64,000 bases of DNA from Camelus dromedarius. Lineage: Eukaryota. Below, one piece after another: positions 40,701 through 54,290 of the stretch; position 1 is the first letter of the stretch, and each line of letters starts with the position of its first letter. Where the stretch lies: assembly GCF_036321535.1 (NCBI RefSeq), contig NC_087447.1:32800001-32864000 (forward strand), written 5' to 3'. Position numbers and translations under genes: made by a program. The notes under the pieces were generated by a model that did not search any database, had not been told where the DNA came from, and saw nothing but the letters and a program-made list of their open reading frames with translations.

Positions 40701-41876
40701 GAGCACTTCAGCTGGGAAGAAGAGTAGGCAGGAGATGTCCACTTGGAAGTGCCTTCTGTGGTGTTGCCTGTCACTTGTTATGTGGGCTTACAAAGTATTC
40801 TTTGTGGATGATGCTTTTGTCCCTGCCCTAGCTGCAGGAATATCAGCCACCTGCTTTGGTGTCCCCTGGCTTCTGAGCCCCAGGAACCACCAGTGCAGAT
40901 CTGCCAATGTCAGGTGCTAAGACCTGCCATAGCAAGTGTGCAATCACACACCTGAATCTGTGGTGTGCCGCAGGGTCAGTGAAGACCTCAGCACCACCTC
41001 CACATACCACAGTATGGTATGCCAGCCTGTTGTAAATATCCATACTTGCCCCCACAGTAAGTTAGAACTCCACTCACTGCCTGTTCATCCCAGAGGCACA
41101 GGTCCACAAGTGTTCTAGAGAAAACAAATCATCCCTCTCTGCATGGGGCTGTAAAGAAGTCTCAGTCTTGCCTGTGAAGTTGCAGGGCTTCTGGGTATGG
41201 ATTCCCTTTTCAGCCCTGCCTCTGTGTAGCCGTGATAGCTATAATAAAGCTTCTCTCCAGAACACACCAAAAATGAAGGCAAGCAGAGAAAACAGCTGTG
41301 TTGCACCCTGCCCCACCACAGGCAGTGGTGCTTTTTAATGGGGGTCCCAGGTTGTTCTGTCCTGCACACACCTAGCCAGAGATCACACTACCCTCCAGCC
41401 CCCTGAGGCTGCCTCTGTGCAGTGGGATCCATCCCTCTGCCTGGGCTCCTCACCCATCTCCACCAGCCAGTCCCAACTTGTCCCTGCTCGCTCGCATCTA
41501 GAGCTGGGGATCACAGGGAACCTCCATGTCAGTTTTCCTTAGTTCTGTCTGCCAAGCGGTTATCACTTTCTCCTCCGAGCCTCCGAAGCTCTGCTTTTGT
41601 CCCTGCTGACCTCCCAGCTGGAGAGGGGGCGTCCCAGTCTGAGAGTGCCTTTCTTCCTATGCCACTCCATCCCTACAGGGCTGGTCCTGCAGCAATTTTT
41701 TATTTTTTTTCTTACCAGATTCTGTGAGAATCCTTATTTCAAAGTGAGAGACACTCTGCCAGAGTTTAGTAGGTGTTCTGCGTGATTCAGTGGGTTTATA
41801 AATATAATTCTTGGTGTATTTATGGGAGAAGGTGACCTGTGATTTTTCTCTACTGTGCCATCTTGACCCAGTCTCT
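34795..41876 (-). mobile_element. Full-length decayed L1 in the NELL1 intron, same orientation as the gene
   Basis: 5' end gactgggtcaagatggcacagtagag on the minus strand. 5' UTR at about 40400-41870. Several frameshifted ORF2 pieces ([33 protein letters not shown]-like). 3' end AATAAA at 34815-34820. Confidence 0.95.
38822..38958 (-). mobile_element. tRNA-derived SINE, camelid vic-1-like
   Basis: Minus strand reads gagtgtatagctcaagtgatgg (A box) ... gggttcaatccccagtacctcctct (B box), then an A-rich tail. Inserted into the L1. Confidence 0.85.
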
Positions 41877-42169
41877 GTGCTTAAAGCTCTTCAGTCTTAA
41901 CTCACCTGCATTGAAGGTATTCAAAGCATGCAACTCGGTACTTTTCTGAGTGTTAGAAACGACTTTTTGTTGCCCATCTCCATGATCATTGTTTATAGCC
42001 TTGGTAATCACAGAATTCCCAATCCCTTTGATCACATCTTTACTCTTTATTCTTAAAAGAAAACTTGTGTCTCCACTGAATCATCTCATTTCTGGATTAA
42101 ACATCTTATTTTTTGACCAGTCATAGTTTTAAATCTTGCTGTTTTGAGTATTTCCATTTCATTGTCATC

Positions 42170-42380
42170 ATCTACCATAAATTTAACATTTGCTTTGTGC
42201 CATACATTGTGCCGAGTCTTTTATATGCATTATCACATTTAATTCTAATAATTCAGTTGAATAGAAATTTATATCTCCATTTCTCAAATGAGGTTGCTGA
42301 ATTACTAAACTAAATGAATTTCCTCAGTAATGGTCTGATCAACAGAGTGAATTGAAACTCATGGTTACCTTGTTTTATGT
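42170..42380 (-). mobile_element. MIR fragment
   Basis: ttatatgcattatcacatttaattct...ctccatttctcaaatgagg. Confidence 0.65.
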
Positions 42381-42399
42381 ACTGTATTTTCTTTAATGC

Positions 42400-42745
42400 A
42401 GCCTGATTTCAATGTTTATTTTCTTATTTACTTTGGTTATGTCATAGTGTTGACTTGTATTGAGCTTAATGAAGATTGAAACCTCATTAAGCCCTATTGC
42501 GTCTTGTGTAGCTAGTTGTTTGGGGGCAGCAAGTTTAAAACTTGGTGTTTATCCACATTGTATTTCACTTTGTTAGATCCATTTCATCGCTCTTGCCTGT
42601 CACAATGTTTTCTAAATGTCATTTCTATCATCATCATGGCTTGTCCTCCTTCAGTTTAGTGACATCTGCAAACTTGATAGACCAGGGGTGCCCTTAGAAT
42701 CTTCATCTACTTAATTGATAACAATGTTGAATAGGGCATGGCTTG
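42400..42745 (-). mobile_element. L3/CR1 LINE reverse transcriptase remnant
   Basis: Minus strand atcaagtttgcagatgtcactaaactg encodes IKFADVTKL, close to the CR1 KFADDTKL motif. Confidence 0.7.
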
Positions 42746-43861
42746 TGAGATATGTTTACTGCCAGCTAAAGTGGAAATCTTTAAATGCTTTACATTCTTT
42801 ATGGAGAATGGAAAGGAGACATGCTGGCTACCAATATATTAAAGTAACAGGTTTAAAAAATGCTTTCCCTCAAGTTGTGTGCACTGGCTCTATTACTAGG
42901 AAAAATGATAAGAAATCATAATGTTCCAAAATTTGGGGATGAAAGATTACACATATATACATATGCATGCACATATTTAGAGTGAGCGAACAGGAGATTC
43001 TAATTGAGCGGGTGACTTGAGTCAGATTAAGGCAGCCAGTTTGGACAAAGAAGTGTCTAGAGCCTAGAAATTTTCCAACAATAAGCCTTTGACTTACAGC
43101 TCATATTCCATGATTTTAAATCACTGATACAATTTGCTCCCAAATGACTCCCTTATATATTTAGTTTAACCAATAGAAGCTAAGGAAACTAATGGTAGCT
43201 ATGGCATGAAACCATTTGGTTAGCTTAGCCGACCACGGTATTACTCTCCACAAGAACTGAAGAACCAGGTCTCAGGAACCCGCACGGCTCTTTCATGAGC
43301 AACAACAAATACAGAGATAGATTTGTTTGCAAGCATATACAAGAAATGAGACCCAATCAGAGTGTCAGGTTTCTCTGTGTGCTGTATAAAAGAATGAATA
43401 AATAAATAGCCTTCAGGTTAGTGGAAAATAAATTTCACATCTCATCAAGTATGTGAAAATGCCAAATAGGCCCCTCTTAGACTTTAACATGCTTCAGAAC
43501 AATGGCCATGTTCACTGTGGGTTTTGAATTACATGGTAACAGTCAAGAAAAGTATGCTCCAGTTTTATTGGGAAATAATTGGTATACATCAGTGTATAAG
43601 TTTAAGGCATTACAGCATGATGGTTTCAGTTACATATATTGTCAAATGATTACCACAGTATGCCTGTCTAATAACCATTTCCTCATGTCAGTAAAAGAGA
43701 GTATTTCTCACACAGTTCTGAAAAAAAAAATTCCATTGGAATGTTGCTAGAGAGTGCATTGAATCTACAGATGGTTTTCATTAGTACTGACATTCAAAAA
43801 ATATTCTTTCAATCCATGAACATGGAATACATTTCCATTTGTTAGTATCTTTAATTTTTTT

Positions 43862-46507
43862 AAACATTTTTTATTGATTTATAATCATTTTACAATGTGT
43901 CAAATTCTAGTGTAGAGCACAATTTTTCAGTTATACATGAACATATATATATTCATTGTCACATTTTTTTCTCTGTGAGCTACCATAAAATCTTGTATAT
44001 ATTTCCCTGTGCTATACAACATACTCTTGTTTATCTATTCTACAATTTTGAAATTCCAGTCTATCCCTTCCCACCCCCTGCGCCCCCTTAGCAACCACAA
44101 GTTTGAATTCTATATTTCTGTTCTGTATTTATGCTTTTTTTTAAATTCCACATATGAGTGATATCATATGGTATTTTTCTTTCTCTTTCTGGCTTACTTC
44201 ACTTAGAATGACATTCTCCAGGAGCATCCATGTTGCTGCAAATGGCATTATGTTGTCGGGTTTTATGGCTGAATAGAATTCCATTGTATAAATATACCAC
44301 TTCTTCTTTATCCAGTCATCTGCTGATGGACATTTAGGCTGTTTCCATGTCTTGGCTATTGTGAATAGTGCTGCTATGAACATTGGGGTGCAGGTGTCAT
44401 TTTGAAGTAGGGTTCCTTCTGGATATATGCCCAGGAGCGGGATTCCTGGGTCATAGGGTAAGTCTATTCCTAGTCTTTTGAGGAATTTCCATACTGTTTT
44501 CCACAGTGGCTGCACCAAACTAGCAGTGTAGGAGGGTTCCCTTTTCTCCACATCCTCTCCAGCATTCGTCATTTCTGGATTTTTGATTGATGGCCATTCT
44601 GACTGGTGTGAGGTGATACCTCATTGTAGTTTTGATTTGCATTTCTTTGATAATTAGTGATATTGACCATTTTTTCATGTGCCTATTGATCATATGTATG
44701 TTCTCCTTGGAGAATTGCTTGTTTAGGTCGTCTGCCCATTTTTGGATTAGGTTGTTTGTTTTTTTCTTATTAAGTCGTATGAGCTGCTTATATATACTGG
44801 AGATCAAGCCTTTGTTGGTTCTATCGTTTGCAAAAATTTTCTCTCATTCCGTAGGTTGTCTTTTTGTTTTACTTATGATTTCCTTTGCTGTGCAGAAGCT
44901 TGTAAGTTTCATTAGGTCCCATTTGTTTATTCTTGCTTTTATTTCTATTGCTTGGGTAGACTGTTCTAGGAGAAAATTTTTGAGATGTATGTCAGATAAT
45001 GTTTTGCCTATATTTTCCTCTAGGAGGTTTATTGTATCTTGTCTTATGTTTAAGTCTTTGATCCATTTTGAGTTTATTTTTGTATATGGTGTAAGAGAGT
45101 GTTCTAGCTTCCATTGCTTTACATGCTGTTGTCCAGTTTTCCCAACACCATTTGCTGAAGAGACTGTCTTTATTCCATTGTATATTCTTGCCTTCTTTGT
45201 CGAAGGTTAGTTGACCAAAAGTTTGTGGGTTCATTTCTGGGCTCTGTATTCTATTCCATTGGTCTATATGTCTGTTTTTATACCAATACCATGCTGTCTT
45301 GATGACTGTAGCTCTATAGTACTGCCTGAAGTCTGGGAGAGTTATTCCTCCAGTCTCTTTCTTTCTCTTCAGTAATGCTTTGGCAATTCTAGGTCTTTTG
45401 TGGTTCCATATAAATTTTTATTATAATTTGTTCTAGTTCTGTGAAATATGTCCTGGGTAATTTGATAGGGATTGCATTAAATCTGTAGATTGCCTTGGGC
45501 AGTTTGACCATTTTAACAATATTGATTCTTCCAATCCAAGAGCATGGGATATCCTTTTATTTTTTTAAGTCTTCTTTAATTTCCTTCATCAATGGTTTAT
45601 AGTTTTCTGTATATAATTCTTTCACCTCCTTGGTTAGATTTATTCCAAGGTATTTTATTACTTTGAGTGCTATTTTAAAGGAGATTGTTTCTTTACTTTC
45701 TTTTTCTGTTGATTCATTGTGAGTGTAAAGAAACGCAACTGATTTTTGAACGTTAATCTTGTAACCTGCTACCTTGCTGAATTCTTCAATCAGCTCTAGT
45801 AGTTTTTGTGTGGACCTTTTAGGGCTTTCTATATATAGTATCATGTCGTCGGCATATAGTGACACTTTTACCTCTTCTTTTCCAATTTGGATCCCTTTTA
45901 TTTCTCTCTCTTGCCTGATTGCTGATTGCTGGCTAGGATTTCTATGACTGTGTTGAATAGGAGTGGTGATAGTGGGCATCCTTGTCTTCTCCCAGATTTC
46001 AGTGGGAAGCTTTTGAGTTTTTCACCATTGAGTACTATGCTGGCTGTAGGTTTGTCATATATAGCTTTTATTATGTTGAGATATGTTCCCTCTATACACA
46101 CTTTGGTGAGAGTTTTTATCATAAATGGGTGTTGAATTTTATCAAATGCTTTTTCTGCATCTATTGAGATGATCAGGTGGTTTTTGTCCTTTCTCTTGTT
46201 GATGTGATGTAGTACATTGATTGATTTGCATTTGTTGAACCACCCTTGTGTCCCTGGGATGAACCCCACTTGGTCATGATGTATAATCTTTTTTATGTGT
46301 TGTTGGATTCTATTTGCTAATATTTTGGTGAGGATTTTGGCATCTATGTTCATCAGTGATATCTGTTGATAATTCTCTTTTTTGGTAGTGTCTTTGCCTG
46401 GTTTTGGTATCAGGGTGATGGAGGCTTCATAGAATGAGTTTGGGAGTATTCCTTCCTTTTCAATCTTCTGGAAGAGTTTGAGAAGGATTGGTATGAGTTC
46501 TTCTTTG
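43862..46507 (-). mobile_element. Young 5'-truncated L1 (about 2.65 kb; RT domain to 3' UTR), frameshifted
   Basis: Well-preserved ORF2 segments [45 protein letters not shown] and CTPMFIAALF. Approximate TSD taatttyttt. Confidence 0.97.
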
Positions 46508-47410
46508 TAATTTCTTTTATCAGTGTCTTGTAGATATCAGAGTAGACCTCTTTCACCTACTTAGGTAAATACATTCCTATTTTGTTGTTTTTGATGCTAC
46601 TGTAAATGGAATCAATTTATTCCTTTTTCAGAGAATTCATTGTTAGTGTATAGAAATGCTACTCAGTTTTATATGGTAATTTTATATGTTGCCAATGTAC
46701 TGGATTTATTAGATCTAAGAAGTTTTTGGTAGTCTTTAGGATTTTTCTCTATAATAAAATTATGTTACCTGCAAATAGACAATTTTCTTCTATCTTTCCA
46801 ATTCTGATAACTTTGGTTGCTTTTTAAAGCTGGATTTCTCTAGCTAGGACTTCTAGTACCATGTTGAATAGGAATGATGAGGATGGGCATCCTTGTCTTG
46901 TTGATCTCAGAGGAAATTTTTCAACATTTTAACATTGAATATGCTCTTAGCTATGGGCTTGTGTCATGTATGGCCTTTATTATGTTGAGACATGTTCTTT
47001 CCAGGCCTAATTTATTAACAGATTTTATTATGAAGAAATACTGAATCTTGTCAAATGCTTTTCTGCTTCTACTGAGATGTTCATATGGTTCTTTAATTAT
47101 ATTCATGTGATGTATCCCATTGGTTGATTTTGTGTATGTTTAATCAACCTTGCATCCCAGTTGGCCATGGTTGGTCATGGTTGAATGATCTTTTTAATGT
47201 GCTGCTGAATCTGGTTTGCTAATATTTTACTGAGCATTTTTGCATCTATATTCACGAGAGATACTGGCCTGTAGTTCTCTTTTCTACAGGGTCCTTTTCT
47301 GGTTTTGGTAACAGGATAATGCTGCTCTTGTAAAAAGAGTTTGAGAGTGTTCCCTTCTCTTCAATTTTTTGGGAAGAGTTTGTTAACTTTTCTTTCCTCT
47401 ATTCTTTCTT

Positions 47411-50400
47411 TCTTTACTTTAATTGAAGTATATTTGATTTATGACATTAATTTCAGGTGTACTCCTGGGTATATATCTGATGAAAATGGAAACACTGATT
47501 TGAGAAGATACATGTGCCCCAATGTCCACAGCAGAATTACAGTAGTGAAGATACAGATACAACCTAAGTTTCCATCAACAGATGAATGGATAAAGATGTG
47601 ATATGCATGTATGTATGTGTGTGTGTGTATATATATATCTGTGAGATTGAGATATACATATATATACACACACACACACAGATATCACATATATATCTGT
47701 GATGTGTGTATATATATTTGTGATATATATATATATATAAACATATCACATAGCTACTATTATTTTCATGTCATAGCTACCATTATTTTTCTTAGTTTCT
47801 GTTTAAAATAAACATTTAAGTGAGTCATTTGAGGGAAATGGTTATACAAGCAAAATATATCAGTAAAATGTGTACACTTTATATATATATATACATACAC
47901 ACACACACATACATACATACCCAGGAGTAGAACTGCTGGGTCACATGGTAGTTCTGTTTTTGATTTTTTGAGGAAACTCTATAAAACTTTCCATAGTGGT
48001 AGCACCAATTTACATTCCCACCAACAACGAACTAGGTTGCCCTTTTCTCCACATCTTCAGCAACATTTGTTATTTGTGATCTAGTTGATGACAGCCATTC
48101 TGAGAGGTGTGAGGTGATATTTCATTGTGGCTTTGCTTTGCATTTCTCTAATGATTAGTGATATTAAAGATCTTTATTATGTGCCGGTTGGGTAGATATC
48201 TATATCTGTATCTATATCTATATCTTTGGAAAAAAATCTATTCAGTTTTTGTGCCCATTTTTATATAGGATTATCTGTGGGGTTTTTTTTGATACTAAGT
48301 AGTACAAGCAGTTTATGTATTCTAGATACTAACCCCCTTACCAGTTACATAATTTACAATTTTCAAATATTTCTCCTATTCTGTAGATGGTCTTTTGTTG
48401 ATGGTTTCAATTGCTGTGCAAAAGATTTAAAGGTTAATTAGGTAGCATTTTATTTTAATTTGGATTTTTGTTTTGTTTTGTTTCCTTTGCCTGAGAAGAC
48501 TGCAAAAATATACTGCTATGATTTACATTAAAGAGTGTTCTGCTTATGTTTTATTCTAGGAGTTTTATGGTTTAAGATCTTACACATGGGTATTTAATCT
48601 ATCTTGAGTTTATTTTTCTATGTGGTATGAGAAAATATTCTAATTTCATTACTTGGCATGTAGCTGTCAAGTTTTTCCAGCACCACTTCTTGAAGAGACT
48701 GTCTTTTCTCCATTGTATATTCTCCCCTCCTTTGTTGTAGATTAATTAATCTTAAGTGTGTGGGTTTATCTCTGTGCTCTACATTCTGTTGCTTTGATCT
48801 ATGTGTTGGTATTTGTGCCAGTATTATACTGTATTGAATACTATAACTTTGTAGTATAGTGTGAAGTCAGGGAGCATGATACATTCACTTCTGTTCTTTT
48901 TTCTCAAGAGTGCCTTGCCTATTGGGGATCTTTTGTGGTTCCAAATCAATTTTAGGATTGTTTGTCCCAGTATTGTGAAATGTCATGGAGTATTTTGCTA
49001 GAGATTGTATTAAGTCTGTAGATTGCTTTGGGTAGTATGGACATTTTAACAGTATTAATTCTTCCAATTCATGAACAAGGGATCTCTTTCACCTCCCTAG
49101 TTAGGTATATTCCTAGTAGTATATTCTTTATGATGTGATTTTAAACAAGGTGGCTTTCTTATTTTTTAATTAAAGTATACCTGATTTACAATGTCATGTT
49201 AGTTTCTGGGGTACAGCATAGTGATTCATATATATATAAATGAATATTTATATTCTTTTCCATTATAGGTATTATAAAGTTCCCTGTGCTATACGGTAGT
49301 ACCTTGTTTTCCTATTCTGTATATAGTAGTTTGTACCTGCTAATCCCAAACTCTAAATTTATCCATCCTCTACATTTCCCCTTTGGTAACTATAAGTTTG
49401 TTTTTTGGTTTTTTTTTTTAACATTTTTTTAATATAAGTTTGTTTTCTATGTCTGTGAGTCTGTTTCTATTTTGTAAGTAAGGTCATTTGTGTCACTTTT
49501 TTTAGATTCCATATTAAGTGATACCATGATATTTGTCTTTCTCTGTCTGACTTAGTTTACTTAGTATGATAATCTCTAGGTCCAACCATGTTGCTGCAAA
49601 TGGAATGATTTCATTTTTTTTATGGCTGAGTAGTATTCCTGTGTGTGTATATATACACAGGTTCTTTATTCAGTCATTTGTTGAGCAACATTTAGGTTCC
49701 TCCTGTCTTGGCTATTGTAAATAGTCCTGCTGGGAACACTGGGGTATGTGTATCTTTTTGAATTAGAGTCTTCTCAGGTATGTGCCCAGGAATGGGACTG
49801 ATGGATCATATGATAACTCTACTTTTAGTTTTTTAAGGAATCTCCATATTGTTTTCCATAGTGGCTTCACCAAATTATATTCCCACCAATGGTGTAAGAG
49901 GGTTCCCTTTTCTCCACACTCTCTCCAGCATTTATTGTTTGTGGACTAATTTAGTAATGGCCATTCTGACTGTTGTGAGGTGATCCAAGGTTGCTTTCTT
50001 GATTTCTCTTTTCTATTATTTCATTGTTATTCAACAGATTCCTGTATATTAATCTTGTATCTTGCAAATTTACTGAATTCATTTATTAGTTCTAATAATT
50101 TTTTGGTTGTGACTTGGTTTCTTTTAATGTAGTATCAATTCACCTGCAAATAGTGAAAGTTTTACTTCTTCCCTTTCAATCTGAATGCCTTTTCTTTCTT
50201 TTCCTTGTCTGATTACTGTGACCAAGACTTCCAATACCATGGTAAGTAGAAATGGTGAGAAATGGGCATCTTTATCTTGCTTCCAATTTTAGAGGGAAAG
50301 CTTTTAACTTTTCACCACTGAGTATGATGTTTAACTGTGGGTTTGTCATAAATGGTCTTTCTTATGTTGAGATATGTTTCCTGTTTACCAGTGTTGATGA

Positions 50401-53400
50401 GAATTTTTATCATGAATGTATGCTGAATCATCTCAAATACTTTTGCAACTACTGAGATGATTGTGATTTTTATCCTTTTTTAATGAAGTGTATCACATTG
50501 ACTTTGCAATTATTATTATTTATTGAACCATCCTTGCATCTTTTGAATAAATCTCACTTGATTATGGCTGGTGATCCTTTTTATATATTGTTAAATTTGG
50601 TTTGCTGATATATAGTTGAGAATTTTTACATCTGTATTCATCAAAGATATTGGCCTGTCATTAACTTCTTTTGTAGTGTCTTTGGTTCAGTGTCAGGGTG
50701 ATTGTGGCCTCATAAAATAAATTTGTGAGTGTTCCCTTTTCTTCTATTTTTTGAAATAATTTGAAAGGGATATGTATTATCTTTTTTTTATATGTTTGGT
50801 AGAATTTCCCTGTGAAGCCATCTAGTCCTGAATTTTTGTTCGTTGGGAGGTTTTTTTTTTTTTTAATCTAATTCAGTTTCACTACTAGTAAGCATTCTAT
50901 TCAGACTGTCTATTTCTTCCTGATCCAGTCTTCACAGGTTGTGTATTTCTAGAAATTTCTCCATTTATTCTGGGTTGTCAAATTAGATGGCATGTAATTC
51001 TTCATAGGATTCTCTTATGATTGTTTGAATCTCTGTAATAGTTTTTATTTCTCTTCTTTCATTTATTCTTTATTTGGGTCCTATCTCTTTTTTTCCTTGT
51101 GTGTCTATCTAAAGATTTTTCACTTTTGTTTATCTTAAAAAAAAAAAAAAGCTGTTGACTTAATTGGTCTTTATTTTATTTTGGTCTCTATTTCCTCACT
51201 GATCTTTATCATTTCCTTCCTTCTGCTGACATTGTTCTAGTTCCTGAGATAGTACATAATGTTGTTTGTGAGTTTTCTTAGTTCCTGGGGCACACCTGTA
51301 TTGCTATAAACTTCCCTCTTAGAACTACTTTTCCTGCATCTCATATATTTTAGAAAATTTTATTTCTATTTTCATGTATCTTAGGGTATTCTGATTTCCT
51401 CCTTGATTATTTTACTCACCAGTTGTTTTTTTAGTAGCATGTTGATTAGTCTTCATGTGTTTGACTGATTTTATACTTTTAGAACATTATGGTCAGAAAA
51501 AAAGCTTGATAAAATTTCTATTGTGTTAAAGTTGTTGAGAGTAGTTTTTGACCTAGCATGTGATCTCTCCTATAGGATGTTTCATGTGTACTTGTACAGA
51601 ATGTTTATTCTGATGATTTTGGATGTAATGTTCTGTAAATATCTATTCAATCCAACTAATCTAATGTGTCATTTAAGACTACAGTTTCCTCACTGATTTT
51701 CTGTGTTGGTGATCTGTCTATTGATGTAAGTGGGGTGTTAAAGTACCCTACTGTTATTGCATCATTGTCATTTTCTACCTTTATGTCTTAGTATTTGCTT
51801 TATGTATTTAGGTGCTCCTATATTGGGTACATAAAGGTTAATTAGTATAATATCATCTTGTATTGCTCTCTTTATCATTATATAATTCCCTTCTTTGTCT
51901 TTTGTTACAGATTTGGTTTAAAGTCTACTTTGGTATGAGTACTGTACCCAAGCTTTCTTATAATTTCTATTTGCATGAAATATATTTTACATCCCCTCAG
52001 TTTTAATCTTCATGCATATTTATCTCTAAAGTGAGTCTCTTGTAAGCAGCATGTAAATGGGTCTTGTATTTTTATCCAATCAGCCACCCTATGTCCTTCA
52101 TTGGAGCATTTAGCCAATTGACATTTAAAGTCATTATTTATAAGTATGTAATTATTGCCATTTTGAACTTGTTTTCTGGTTGTTTATTTCTTTTCTTTTA
52201 GTTTGGTAATTGTCTTTAGTGGTATGCTTGTGTTCCTTTCTCTCTCATTTTTGTGTATCGATTATAGGCTTGGGATTAGTGGTTACCATCAGGTTTATGT
52301 ATGTTGATATATAACTGTATCTACTTGTTTAAATTCATAGTCATTTAAGTTTAAACACTTTGTAAAAGATCTACATGTTATAATCCCCTCCCCATCATTT
52401 TGTTTTTGATGTTACACTTTACATCTTCATGTTTATCCCTTAACTGTTTATTGTAGTTATAATTGATTTTCTAATTTTTGTTTTAATCTTTGTCCCAGCT
52501 TATTTAAGCAGTTGATTCATAGACTTTACTACATATATTTGCCTTTAGTAGTGGGATTTTTTACTTTCCTCTTCTTCTCATTGTATCCTTTTCTACTTAG
52601 AGAAAACCCCTTTAACACTTCTTTTATGATAGGTTTAATGCTGATGAACACCTTTAGTTTTTGCTTGTCTGAGAAGTGCTTTGTCTCTGCTTCAACTTGA
52701 AATATTAATCTCGCTGGGTAGAGTATCCTAAGTTTCAGGGTTTTCCCTTTATCTTTTATAATTTAATTCTGCTTTGTCTGGGCACAAGTCTCTTTAGGTT
52801 CATCTTGTTTAGGACACTGTACTTCCTGTACCTGGATTTCCTTCTTCAGGATTGAGAGGTTTTTCAGCCATAATTTCATCAAATGCATTTTCAACTCCTT
52901 TCTCAGTCTCTTCTCCTTCGTGGATCCCTGTGGTGCAAATGTTAGTTGGCCTGATGGTGCCTCAGAGATCGTTTAAAATGTCCTCATTTAAAAATCTGTT
53001 TTTCTTCCTTCATTTAAGTGGATGATTTCCATTATTCTATCTTCCAGATCACTTGTGAATTCTTCTGTATCACCTAATATGCTGTGTTTTCATTTCAGTT
53101 ATTGTATTCTTCATCTGACTTTTTTTGTATGTTCAAATTCTGTGCTCATCTATTCTTTTCCAAGTTCAGTTAGCATTCTTATTACTGATGCTTTGAAGGC
53201 TTTAAATAATTTACCAGTTATTTGTTTTCCCCAACTTGTTCTTTCCATTGAAGCAAATTTCTTGGGCTCCTCATTTTTCTTGACAGAGAAACAGCTACCT
53301 ATCCCAGTCTTGAAAGGGTGTCCTTGTGTGGAAGCATTTGTATGCAGTCTGCATTGGCTCAGTGGCTTTGGTGGGAGAGCTAGATATGAGGTAAGCACAG

Positions 53401-54290
53401 GTCACATCTTCCAGGGTGTGTGGGTAGCTATCCCCTTGGTAAGGGTAGGAGCTGAAATGCGTACAGTCAGAGCTAGGTGTGAGTTGGAGATTCTTCAATG
53501 CTCAGCAGTTGTCACTCCCTTATTGGGGGTGAGGTCAGAGAAGATTCTATTCCCTCCAAGTGTTCTCTCTCCTCTCTCCCCTAGCACTGGTACCTTTGCC
53601 CAGGAGGAGAACAGGGCTGCAGTGTTTGGTTCCAGCTGGGGTACGCATCAGGACGGTCCTGGTGTGCCAGTCAGAGTTTCATACAGCTCCTGATCCACTG
53701 TGTACATGAGCACAAACAGTGACTACTCTTGCCCTGTTCAGATGAAATACTGGGTTATAGCCTACCTCATCTGCACACTGTCCTGAGCAACAGCAGCCTT
53801 TGCCCTAGTGGGCAACTGATCTACTGCTACAAGGGCCTGAGTGGATGTTTAGTGCACTGGGGTGGTAGTAGGAAGTTTCGATCTCCCTTATTCGTGGAAG
53901 TAACCTTGTGTGTTACGTTCTTCATGCGTTGAGTCTTGGGCTCTTACAGCCCTCTGGTAAGTCCCATTGGTATGCAAGTCACCTAAGGGAACTTGTCTTC
54001 CTGGTGTCAGACCCCAGGCAGGCCTTCAAACCCCTTAGTCCCCAGGAAGGAGCTCTGAACTTCTGTTATCTCCCTCTCTTTTTCCCCTCCTAGGAGTGCA
54101 GGTCCTGATTCATAGCTTCTCTTCCCTTCCTACCTGAATCTGTGTGGGTCTTCCTATACAGCTTTCATTGTAGAACAGTCTTTCTGCCAGTCTCCAGTTT
54201 GTTTCAGTGAGATTTCCTCCACAAGTGGATGTGTGAACAGGGGAGGTGAGTCTTATCCTCCCCTACCCTGCCATCTTGATTTCTTCCTCC
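47411..54290 (-). mobile_element. Near full-length decayed L1 nested in the host L1
   Basis: 5' end ggaggaagaaatcaagatggcagggtagg on the minus strand, 5' UTR at about 53280-54290, ORF1 and ORF2 remnants, and attctt-containing flanks on both sides. Confidence 0.85.
49161..49985 (-). mobile_element. 5'-truncated L1 3' fragment nested within an L1
   Basis: TSD caaggtggctttctt (49146-49160) and caaggttgctttctt (49986-50000). Confidence 0.92.

Noticed and set aside
44141..46353. Reverse transcriptase ORFs as an active or novel retro-system
   Set aside because: Ordinary L1 ORF2, 5'-truncated and split by frameshifts into several pieces.
53022..53693. 223-aa ORF (longest in the track)
   Set aside because: Antisense to a decayed L1 ORF1/5' UTR junction, with no recognisable domain or splice support.
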